38,301 nt of DNA from a virus. Its lineage: Duplodnaviria; Caudoviricetes. Shown piece by piece: positions 14,984-23,800 of the stretch. A program made the position numbers and the translations under genes. The notes beneath the pieces were generated by a model that was not told the DNA's origin, made no database searches, and was given only the letters and a program-made list of their open reading frames with translations. Each line of letters opens with the position of its first letter. Position 1 is the stretch's first letter. The DNA lies in IMG/VR virus record IMGVR_UViG_3300044641_003116, positions 1 through 38,301 of that record, one strand, 5' to 3'.

Positions 14984-16711
14984 TTAGTAAGTGATGATGA
15001 GAGCGTAACCTTGTGAGCCATTTCCGCCAGCGCCAGAATTGCCAACGCTGTTTGTTCCGGCTGCTCCACCACCGCCGCCTGAGCCAAAGCCGCCGCCGTT
15101 GCCGCCTGCGCCACCAGCGCCAGCGCCATTAGAACCACCGCCGCCGCCACCTGTTCCTGATCCTCGACCTGCGGTTCCGTTGCCGCCTGCGCCACCGCCA
15201 GAAGTTCCAGCCGTGCCACCTGCCAGGACTGTTATGCCTGCGGCAGTTCCAATGCTTCCGCCTGCTCCGCCTGCACGGTTAGTATTTGACGTATCAAGGC
15301 CACCGCCACCGCCGCCGCCAGTTGGAAGAGTAGCATTGACCGTTGTTGCAGCTGCGCCAGCAACGGCGGCTCCCGCTCCGCCTGCGCCATTGCTGGCACT
15401 ACTAACACCAGCAACGCATGAGTTAGCTACGGCTGCTCCAGCTGTCCCAGTGCTTGAACCGCCAGCAACCCCAAATTCACCGCCCACAGCAGTCATACCG
15501 GCAAACGTAGTGCTGCCGCCAGCTGTTCCAGAGTTGCCGTTTGTAGTGTCAGCAGATACCGCCGCTCCTCCTGTGCCACCAGCTCCAACGGTAACTGATG
15601 CTGTAGATCCTAACTCAGTTGTCAGAGTCCAAAACTCAGTGACAGCGCCAGCAGCGGCTCCACCGCCGCCGAATCTGTTAACTCCGGCCACGCCTTTACG
15701 CCCTGAACCACCTCCTCCACCACCACCGACAAGACGCACAAAAACGCGCTTGGCTGTGGATGGGCTTGGATTCGTCCAAGTTGCGTCGGCTGTGTAAAGC
15801 TGAACGTCAGGGCCACTGCCACCGCCACCGCCTCCACCACCACCACCGCCACCGCTAGCAGCCCATTTAACGCCACTGGCCTCTGCGCTATCCACCGTAA
15901 GCACATGCCCATTAGTGCCGCCAACTGCAACGCGGATGTTGTCAGTGCCATTATGCACGATCAAATCGCCCTTGGTCGTGGTCGGAGCGAGCGCGTCAAA
16001 TGCCGCTGTTTGCGCCGTTTGCCCTGTGCCGCCGTTAGCGATTGGCAGAGTGCCAGTGACGCCAGTGCTCAACGGAAGCCCTGTACAACTTGTCAAAGTT
16101 CCGCTTGATGGCGTCCCAATCGCCGGAGTTGTTAGCGTTGGCGATGTCCCGAGAACTATGCTGCCGCTGCCGGTGACGTTTTGAGCAAGCGCTGTAGCAA
16201 CGCCAGTGCCTAGACCTGTAATGCTGCCAACTGCGGGCGTGATCGTATTAGTTGAAACTGCCGTTACAAGTCCCTTGGCATTAACCGTAACCGCTGGCGC
16301 TACCGTTGCGCTTCCAAAACTGCCGACATTGCTATTGACCGTTGCCAATGTCAGAGCGCCAGTGCTTGCAAGCGTAGCGTCTCCCGAAGCGGAGACTGGC
16401 GCGTAAGCTGTGCCGCCTGCGTTGCCAACTAAGACCTGGCCTGCACTTGGCGCGGTATTTGGCACGATTGACGCAATAGTCTGCGCGTCGTTTGTTACGT
16501 TAGCGAGGCCGACTTGCGACTTGGTAACGCTGTGCGGATTGCTTGTGTTTCCAACGTGCGAGGAAAGACTACTAGCTGTGGAGTCAGCAGTAGCGCCTTG
16601 TGCGGCTGTAGCGTAGTCCGTAGGAGCCGAGTTAGTCGCAGAGATAACGCTGTTGAGTTTCGCCCTTACGGATGAACCCGACTCGCCGTTTGTTATAGTT
16701 CCAATGGGCAT
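14984..16711 (-). CDS. Glycine-rich tail fibre protein
   Basis: N-terminal [47 protein letters not shown] fibre motifs; Gly-rich C-terminal domain ending G..G...IITY. Confidence 0.85.
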   Translation of the reverse strand: MPIGTITNGESGSSVRAKLNSVISATNSAPTDYATAAQGATADSTASSLSSHVGNTSNPHSVTKSQVGLANVTNDAQTIASIVPNTAPSAGQVLVGNAGGTAYAPVSASGDATLASTGALTLATVNSNVGSFGSATVAPAVTVNAKGLVTAVSTNTITPAVGSITGLGTGVATALAQNVTGSGSIVLGTSPTLTTPAIGTPSSGTLTSCTGLPLSTGVTGTLPIANGGTGQTAQTAAFDALAPTTTKGDLIVHNGTDNIRVAVGGTNGHVLTVDSAEASGVKWAASGGGGGGGGGGGGSGPDVQLYTADATWTNPSPSTAKRVFVRLVGGGGGGGSGRKGVAGVNRFGGGGAAAGAVTEFWTLTTELGSTASVTVGAGGTGGAAVSADTTNGNSGTAGGSTTFAGMTAVGGEFGVAGGSSTGTAGAAVANSCVAGVSSASNGAGGAGAAVAGAAATTVNATLPTGGGGGGGLDTSNTNRAGGAGGSIGTAAGITVLAGGTAGTSGGGAGGNGTAGRGSGTGGGGGGSNGAGAGGAGGNGGGFGSGGGGGAAGTNSVGNSGAGGNGSQGYALIITY

Positions 16712-16714
16712 ATG

Positions 16715-16852
16715 TTAATCGTTCCAAGTTTCGTTATCTAGCCAAACGCCAGTATCTTCCCAAGCGCTTGTTGCAAGTATCCACGTGCCCGGCGGAGGAG
16801 CCGAAGTCGGCGGAGAAATGCCGAAAGGAAGTCCGAGAGAAAGCGCGTTCAT
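16715..16852 (-). CDS. 45-aa Trp/acidic small protein upstream of the fibre
   Basis: Not in the ORF track. MNALSLGLPFGISPPTSAPPPGTWILATSAWEDTGVWLDNETWND; fills the gap between two genes. Confidence 0.7.
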   Translation of the reverse strand: MNALSLGLPFGISPPTSAPPPGTWILATSAWEDTGVWLDNETWND

Positions 16853-16855
16853 GGG

Positions 16856-17212
16856 TTATTCTCCTGGTAAAAACACCGAAGCAGTATTGCTGGCAGGCCC
16901 ATCGCCTGCATTGTTAAACGGTGTAATACGGTAAGCATATAGCGTATTAGCAGCATAACCTTGATAGTCGTTGTAACTTACATGCTCAGATGATAATGAC
17001 ACTATCTCGTTAAAATCTTGATCATTGATGCTTAATTCAAGACGATAACCAAATCCTGCGCTTTCAAGCTTATTACTGGCCGTCCATTCTAAATTTGCTG
17101 TATAAGATTCAAAAGAAGTGCTGACTGTCAGCACAGGCGCAACGGTCGGAGGTGTCAACGTGCGATCAGCTACGCCAGAGGGCAAGTTTAAGCTGAGGCA
17201 CATGGCAGGCAT
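16856..17212 (-). CDS. Fibronectin type III domain protein
   Basis: LEWT...GYRLE...Y.YRITPFN..G.GPAS signature. Confidence 0.8.
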   Translation of the reverse strand: MPAMCLSLNLPSGVADRTLTPPTVAPVLTVSTSFESYTANLEWTASNKLESAGFGYRLELSINDQDFNEIVSLSSEHVSYNDYQGYAANTLYAYRITPFNNAGDGPASNTASVFLPGE

Positions 17213-17214
17213 AT

Positions 17215-17481
17215 TTATTCAGTCCAAAGAATGACTGTGCCGGAGGTCAAATCAATCGCACTTCCGCGAATCGGATAATAACCAACTGGCAACGTGACGC
17301 CAGTAAGCCCAGCTTCGTCGCCGTCGTAACTATTATTCTCAATGCCTCCGCCAGTTGGAGCGGTAATGGCATTGATTACAGTTTCGGCGATAACCGTGAA
17401 CCCGTAAAAATTATACGTCACGGTTGAGGTGCCAGCATTAATCTTGTAGCCCTTAGAGGAGTGTTCTCGGTTCAGAGTCAT
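17215..17481 (-). CDS. Small beta-rich putative virion protein
   Basis: 88 aa ending LPVG.YP.....I.LTSGTVI; first gene of the fibre operon. Confidence 0.7.
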   Translation of the reverse strand: MTLNREHSSKGYKINAGTSTVTYNFYGFTVIAETVINAITAPTGGGIENNSYDGDEAGLTGVTLPVGYYPIRGSAIDLTSGTVILWTE

Positions 17482-17487
17482 GTCGCC

Positions 17488-17515
17488 AGATTCTCACAAA
17501 TGCGATTAAAAGCAA
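17488..17515 (-). promoter_or_regulatory. Putative promoter with a degenerate TCTCA-N4-TGAGA site
   Basis: TTGCTT-N16-GAATCT; TCTCA-CAAA-TGCGA at 17492-17505; only 6 nt to the ATG. Confidence 0.5.
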
Positions 17516-17612
17516 ACTCATTTTAATTTGACGTGATGAGGAATCCGATCAATAAAAGGGAAATGGTTCTCGCGGGCAAGGCGTGACCGTCCAACTTGCG
17601 ATGAACCGCATT

Positions 17613-17648
17613 AGGCCGACTCCTTGCCCGAGTCGGCCTTTTTGTTTT
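17613..17648 (+). terminator. Intrinsic terminator in the leader of the plus-strand cassette
   Basis: AGGCCGACTC/GAGTCGGCCT 10-bp stem followed by a T-rich tail. Confidence 0.8.
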
Positions 17649-17660
17649 AAAATCATTACA

Positions 17661-18650
17661 ATGAAAACGACATACACAAACGAAGAACTCCAAGAGGCTA
17701 TTGACAGGGCTTGCAAGGGCACCTCCGCCACGCATCCAGAAATAGGCGATGCGATAGCCTTGAGCACACACCTCTACCCAACATCATGGAATAAAGAGCA
17801 AGCCGCACGACTCACTCTTGCCCGCGCATTTCTCGACAACCTGCCGGAGCAGACTGAGCAGGGAGTTTTGAGCCTCTCCCAACTACGCCCACTCTCCGAA
17901 GCCGGACCAGTGCCAGAAGGGTGCGTGAGGGTTAGAGCTTGGAAGCACGAGAGCCAATTTCGAGTTAGCACGTTAGAAGATCCAGGAGACACTCACTTCG
18001 CCGACATCCACCTGCCTTCCACAGAGAAGGCCGAAGCTAGAGGTAAATTGTGGGAATACTATTCCCGCAAGTATGGAGTCATGGACTGGGGCTATGCTAA
18101 TAGGCAAGAGCCGGACCCTTACGCTGAGCTAAAGAAGGCCCATGCGGAGGGTAAGGTGATTCAGTTGAAACCTCTCGACCGCCCGTGGGAGGATTTGGAG
18201 GACCCAGACTTTGCAGCACCGATTTCGTGCTACCGCATTAAACCAGAGCCCGAAACATTCCAAGCGCACGGCAAGGCTTGGACGCGCCACACTCCCGGAG
18301 ATCCGATGCCTTGTGATGGGGAGCGGATGGTTTATGTTCTAACTCCTAAAACTGGCGAATCCGAAGAACCTTATAAAGCCTCCATGTATTCGTGGACCGC
18401 TAAAGATTACTATTGGTGGGGAGAAATTATTGGCTGGCGCTACGCCGACGAACCTTCGGTAACGTCACCAGAATGGACCCCTCAAGTCGGCGATGTCGTC
18501 AGGCTCAAGTCTGGCGGGCCGCTGATGGCTATATCAGGATTTCGGTTTAACGGCGATGTTGTGTGCCGATGGTTTGAACACTTCACACCTCACAACGGCA
18601 CTTTTGAATTCTGTTGTCTCGAACCCTCAACCAAGGAGGACGCACGATGA
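17661..18650 (+). CDS. Mosaic hypothetical protein with a C-terminal DUF2158/YodC-like domain
   Basis: Start MKTTYTNEE after ATCATTACA; C-terminal VGDVVRLKSGGPLM....V.C.WF. Confidence 0.75.
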   Translation: MKTTYTNEELQEAIDRACKGTSATHPEIGDAIALSTHLYPTSWNKEQAARLTLARAFLDNLPEQTEQGVLSLSQLRPLSEAGPVPEGCVRVRAWKHESQFRVSTLEDPGDTHFADIHLPSTEKAEARGKLWEYYSRKYGVMDWGYANRQEPDPYAELKKAHAEGKVIQLKPLDRPWEDLEDPDFAAPISCYRIKPEPETFQAHGKAWTRHTPGDPMPCDGERMVYVLTPKTGESEEPYKASMYSWTAKDYYWWGEIIGWRYADEPSVTSPEWTPQVGDVVRLKSGGPLMAISGFRFNGDVVCRWFEHFTPHNGTFEFCCLEPSTKEDAR

Positions 18651-18979
18651 AAACACAACTAGAACAACTTAAAGCCGAACTCGCGGAGTTCATTGAACTG
18701 TCGAAGACAATCTTAGGAGAGAAATGGTATTATTGGGATCAAGAAAGCAATGACTATATTGCAACGGGAGAAAATGAAGGAAAGCTAATTTGTTCATTAG
18801 CTGCACTCACAAGCAGACCTAAAGAATTTAGCTTCATCGCCCGCTCCCGCAACATCTCGCCAGCCATGGCGGAGTGTTTGCTAGGTCAGATCGAATGGCT
18901 GGAGCGATACGCAGTCCCCGTGGAAAGCGCCAACCAGCAACTCCAACAAATCCTCACCATTTGGGAGGCATCGAAATGA
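18647..18979 (+). CDS. Hypothetical protein
   Basis: Start MKTQLEQ with ATGA overlap; FIARSRN motif common in phage accessory proteins. Confidence 0.7.
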   Translation: MKTQLEQLKAELAEFIELSKTILGEKWYYWDQESNDYIATGENEGKLICSLAALTSRPKEFSFIARSRNISPAMAECLLGQIEWLERYAVPVESANQQLQQILTIWEASK

Positions 18980-19311
18980 CCCAAGAACAAAAACGAATCA
19001 AGCTGGCGGAGGCTGGTGGGTGGAAAGTGCATCCTAACGACCGATTTATTGTCATCCCTCCAAACTCTCCACACAGTGTCCAGCCCCTGTCAACTATTCC
19101 CGACTACTTCAACGACCTGAACGCGGTGCATGAGTTGGAGAAAACTATTGAAAGGCTCTGCAAAGAAGGTGATTATTGGTTTCACTTGCGTGAGTTATGT
19201 GCTTTTCCAGATGCAGAATCTGATTGGAATAAGGTTTATTTTTTTACAGCAGTTCACGCCACCGCAGCCCAACGCTGTGAAGCTATCGGTAAAACCCTCA
19301 ACCTCTGGTAA
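18976..19311 (+). CDS. Hypothetical phage protein (possibly ABA-sandwich-like)
   Basis: Start MTQEQKR with ATGA overlap; LAE..GW, PDY.NDLNA.HELE, HATAAQRCEA. Confidence 0.7.
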   Translation: MTQEQKRIKLAEAGGWKVHPNDRFIVIPPNSPHSVQPLSTIPDYFNDLNAVHELEKTIERLCKEGDYWFHLRELCAFPDAESDWNKVYFFTAVHATAAQRCEAIGKTLNLW

Positions 19312-19312
19312 C

Positions 19313-19645
19313 ATGAAAACCTACCCTTATATGGACGGTGACCAACTCATTCAATTAGTCGAACGTCGCGAGTATGACGAGCTTGCAGAGCTTGCTTTAA
19401 AACTAGCCAACCTTCGAGCGGAAGATATGGCGACGATTAAGGAACAAACTTTGATGATAGAGAAGCTGGCCAACGCCCGCTTAATTGCTGCGGCCCCTGA
19501 TCTTCTGGAGGCTTTGGAGTGCATTGCTTCTGCTACCTGTGAAAAATGGGAAATGCCTTATGTTGATTTTAAGGAGCAATTTATGCCATGGGCGCGCAAT
19601 ATTGCTCTCGCAACCCTCGCCAAAGCAAAAGGAAAACAGCCATGA
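19313..19645 (+). CDS. Hypothetical protein with an ANARLIAAAPDLLEAL motif
   Basis: Start MKTYPY at 19313; widespread phage motif. Confidence 0.7.
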   Translation: MKTYPYMDGDQLIQLVERREYDELAELALKLANLRAEDMATIKEQTLMIEKLANARLIAAAPDLLEALECIASATCEKWEMPYVDFKEQFMPWARNIALATLAKAKGKQP

Positions 19646-19884
19646 GCGATACACCAAGAACGGATGAGCACATGCTTGGCGGATCGTATAGTTTTGATGT
19701 CGAATTTGCCCGCGAGCTTGAGCGCGAACTCAACGCAGCCCTAGCAGAAAACACCGCCATGCGCGAGGCTATCAGGGAGGTTTTTCATTCATTTGCTGAC
19801 GATCCTCCGAGTGATGCGTCTTGGCTACTTGATGATAGGCAGAATCACGCCCTCGCCAGACTTTACCCCTTCACCACACCATGA
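19642..19884 (+). CDS. MSDTPRTD-family paralogue 1
   Basis: ATGA overlap; shares blocks with the next three genes. Confidence 0.75.
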   Translation: MSDTPRTDEHMLGGSYSFDVEFARELERELNAALAENTAMREAIREVFHSFADDPPSDASWLLDDRQNHALARLYPFTTP

Positions 19885-20244
19885 GCGATACACCGAGAAC
19901 AGATGCGGCAGTACAAGCTTATTACGAGAGCGGACAATCCTTTGCCGTGGTAGAACCAGAGCTATCTCGCCAACTGGAACGCGAACTCAACGAAGCTAAC
20001 AAAGAGTTACATCAAAAATACATTGAGTTTGATGCTTTGTTTAACGAAGCGGAACAGATTAGAATTGAGCGAGACGCAGCACTAGCAGAAAACACCGCCA
20101 TGCGCGAGGCTATCAGGGAGGTCTTTTATTCATTTGCTGACGATCCTCCGAGTGATGCGTCTTGGTTACTTGATGATAGGCAGAATCACGCCATTTCCAA
20201 ACTTTACCCCTTCACCACACCATGAGCGATACACCGAGAACAGA
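19733..20244 (+). repeat. 171-bp direct repeat pair (19733-19903 and 20074-20244), about 95% identical
   Basis: Offset 341 bp; 8 mismatches counted by eye. Confidence 0.9.
19881..20225 (+). CDS. MSDTPRTD-family paralogue 2
   Basis: ATGA overlap; SRQLERELN. Confidence 0.8.
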   Translation: MSDTPRTDAAVQAYYESGQSFAVVEPELSRQLERELNEANKELHQKYIEFDALFNEAEQIRIERDAALAENTAMREAIREVFYSFADDPPSDASWLLDDRQNHAISKLYPFTTP

Positions 20245-20482
20245 CGCAGCGCAGTTTGGCACAGGTCGAGTTAGTGTTGACTTTGCCCGACAACTTGAAC
20301 GCGAACTCAACGAGTCAACCAAAGCCATACGCGATGCCGACTTGGCTTTACGCAAGTGCTTAAATTACCTGATCGTTCAACCAATCTTTACACGCAATAA
20401 CAGCGACATTGAACGAGAATCGGAAACAATGGAATCTGTTCATCTTGCCCTCGCTAAACTTCGACCCTTCATCACACCATGA
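20222..20482 (+). CDS. MSDTPRTD-family paralogue 3
   Basis: ATGA overlap; FARQLERELN. Confidence 0.8.
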   Translation: MSDTPRTDAAQFGTGRVSVDFARQLERELNESTKAIRDADLALRKCLNYLIVQPIFTRNNSDIERESETMESVHLALAKLRPFITP

Positions 20483-20805
20483 GCTACACACCAACACCTA
20501 AAACCGATTCAGAGGCAGAGCTAACATTAATCGACTGCGATGATAGCTCTGTTGAAATCTACGTAAAACGAGACTCCAAGATAGTTCACGGAGACATAGT
20601 TCTAGCAGATTTTGCCCGACAACTTGAACGCGAGCGAGACGCAGCACTAGCTGCCAACGCCGAACTCCTCGAACGTCTCCGCGAACGCACCGAATCACAC
20701 CTTGCAGCGTCTGCCAGAGACGTGCAGACGATTCAGCGACAGGCCGTCGAGATCGACAGGCTTAAGGCTGTGCTTGCTGATATTTACTCACTCAGCCGCT
20801 CCTGA
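20479..20805 (+). CDS. MSDTPRTD-family paralogue 4 (divergent)
   Basis: TPKTD, FARQLERERDAALA. Confidence 0.75.
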   Translation: MSYTPTPKTDSEAELTLIDCDDSSVEIYVKRDSKIVHGDIVLADFARQLERERDAALAANAELLERLRERTESHLAASARDVQTIQRQAVEIDRLKAVLADIYSLSRS

Positions 20806-23800
20806 ATCTTGCGGGCTTCGCGTAGCACGTTAGCACCGACATCGACAGCGCCACCAGCAGGGCCCAAAAAAGTTGATGCGGCTGCGCCAACGGCTGAGGA
20901 CACGTTATCAATTTCATTCATGAAATCGTCTGGGTCTTCTGGATTGAAAAGATCGTTTACATTTACAACGGCCTTATAGACATCCGTAAAAGCTTTCTCC
21001 GATAGATTATCATCTGGAAACATGCTGAGCTTCTGGCCAGTCCCAAAGCGCTCTTGATAAAAATCAGAGTTAATAAGGAATCGTCCTCCGCGATCAATTA
21101 GCTTACCAAAGACAAACATCCCATTCACAGGACCAAGAGCCAGCGCAAGCGTCCACTGTTCAGCGCTCCATTCCCTGTCTCTGTCCTCATCGTCACCAAG
21201 TAGGGAGGCTATAACCATAGCCGAGAGTTGCGATACTCCAGCCATGACAAAATGTGCCACTAGAAACCGCTGAATATCCAACGCCTTGTTTTTTGACTTA
21301 CCCGTTGCTAGCTTGCGAATTGCCATAAGCTCAATCGCCAGTGTCTTGCGAGTTTCTGAGACAAACATAGCCAGGCCACGCATAAACAGATTCCCTGAGC
21401 GCTCACGAAGTGATCTAGCGTAAATGTCCGAAGGCTGCGCAGAAGTGGCAATCATCTTCTCGACGCGTGCAATAGCCTTTGAATCGGCAATCTCTGGCGT
21501 CATTTGCGGATTGTCGCGCATGTATCCGCGCCTGTAGTAATCAAAGGAAATGGCGGCACCTAGCGCAGTCCACCCGCCGTCAACCATTTGCATCGGCATC
21601 ATTCCAGTTTGCATCGCAAGAATAGCCTGCGATCCCGTCATGCTCGTTCCTTGCATCGCAACGCGAGATTCAGCAGAGAAACCCGACTCAATACGACGGC
21701 GGATGATGTCAGATTTCCACATTGCGGAGACTTCACTAGCAAATGCCTGCGGCTCAATAAATGCGCGAGAAAGTCCCATCATGTAGTTATGCGCCGGAAC
21801 GTCAGCAAGCAATGGATTTAGCATCGCCGGAGTTTGCTTGATAATCGGCGAGATGCGGAAGGCCAATCCTTTGTATGCGCGGAACTGCATGAACCATCGC
21901 CACATCCTAGAAATGTCCACAAGCTCACGCGCCGCAGAAGTGCCGTTCGATTCAATCGTGCTGATGTCTTGTTTGAGCCGTTGCAGATAACCCTCATTTT
22001 TTTTCTGGCGAATGGCTACGGCAGTATCTTTATCCAGCAAGATAGCCTTCATATCACGCATCAGTTCGGCGTGTGCCACCCAATGAGAGACGTTTTCCCA
22101 GTGAGCCAAGAACACGGCAAGCGCGTCACTCTCCACAAGTGAAGCCGTCGTATTCACGCGGGACTTTGTAAAGCCAGCAGCTAGGCCGCTATTCATGTCT
22201 GAACTGTCCAAGTCCATCACATCTCCGCCAGCGTTCATGTTCCGGCGATAAATTGGCGAATAGTTCTTAATGCGCGGAAGTGGTGCATTAAACAGCTTAC
22301 GATAAATCGGATCAATCATTCCAGCCGCATCTTGATAGCTGCCAGAAATCCACCGTCCCAGCGCTTTAGCTTCTGGCGAAAGGAACTTTTCAAGCTGTGC
22401 AAAACTGTCAGCGTCCCAACCATCGAGCTCCATTTGTTTGCGACTCGCATCCTGCATCGACCATAACCACCACTGAATGCCTTGCGTCTCCGACATCGTG
22501 CGAGATGTCGGAGCGGCTCGACTCGTCACTTTCTCAATTGTCACCGTGCGCTTGCGTGCGTTAGCGGCAAACTCTTCAAGCGCGGCGTCAACCTCGACTT
22601 GTTCAAGCCCTGCCGTCTTGGCGCTCATCGTGCCATCTGCGAGCTTTGTCAGCGTGTCGATGTCCAGCTTGATTTCCTTCTTCGTGACTTTAGAAACCAT
22701 GACTTTAGAGTCTTTGACTTTCTGTAATTCAGCGATGCCGCGAGCGTGCGCGAACTTGCTGTCAGAGTTGAAGATAACCGTCAATGCATCCTTTTTCTGG
22801 GCTTCAACCATGCGCTTAATATCAGTCGATAGATTAGCGGCGTTGATGATTCTTTCAGCGAAATGATTAACAATCTCAGAATCTTCGCCGAAGATCAATT
22901 CGAGCCGTTGCAGCGTAGTCCATAGCGACTCCGACAAAAATCCACGCATGCCGAGCAATGCGCGACGCATCACGCCCTTGTTCAAATTCGTGAGGTTGTC
23001 AGCCACAGCGGCATTCAGTTCGTCGCCGGCGAGAATGGACGCTTGCCCGCTCTGGCGCATGTCATCGAGAAACGCCTTGCGCTCTTCGTCCAACAGCTTT
23101 TTGCCTTGCTTGCCCTGCTCAATCGTCTCGTTTAGCCACAAGAAAGCAGACTCGCGGGATGCTGAGTCCTTTGTGCTCCAAACTTCAAACAAGCGGGCAA
23201 TGCCTAGCTTTGTAAGTGCATCTTGCACTTCTTCCGCAGACTCCGATTCCTCGACCTGTTTTTCTAGCGCGGCCTGCTCTTTGGCTTGGCTTGCAATGTC
23301 CAAGTTAATAAACTCGGCGGCATAGTCCACTTGCTCCGTTGCTGTGGAAAGAATCTTGCCGGAGATTCGCCCGCTTGAATCCCGCTTTGATTGATAGCGT
23401 TCAAGCAATTTATCAACCGCCGTTCCATATTGCTCTTTGAGATGCTTTTCTAGCAACTCCTGGCCACGTTCAAGCTGGCGTTGCAACACTTTCAACCGTG
23501 CCGATTCGCTAGCCTTGCGTGCTAGGGTGACAAAACCGCCGATCTTGCCACGGATCTCCTGCGGGAACATGGCAACAATAGCCTCGAGGGTGATGAGATC
23601 ACGCACGAGCGATTCACGCGGCGACCAGTCCTCTTTCTGCATTGCATCGGCCTCGTCGCGCCATGCTTGAGCTTCTTGGCGTGCTTGTTCAAACGCTGCT
23701 TTTTCGACCGCTTTAACTGCGGCCTCGGCTTTGGCGTAATCGGCCTTAGCGTTGCGATGCGATTTAATGGACGATTCAAGCGCGGCCCACATCTCGGAGG

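Noticed and set aside
15039-15797. 252-aa Pro/Ala-rich plus-strand ORF
   Set aside because: Antisense shadow of the Gly-rich fibre codons
15817-15853. CCA/CCG triplet run as a contingency repeat
   Set aside because: Mixed codons encoding a poly-Gly linker; slippage would stay in frame
19733-20244. Repeat pair as a DGR template/variable repeat or CRISPR
   Set aside because: No reverse transcriptase, mismatches are not adenine-specific, both copies are coding, and there is no repeat-spacer periodicity
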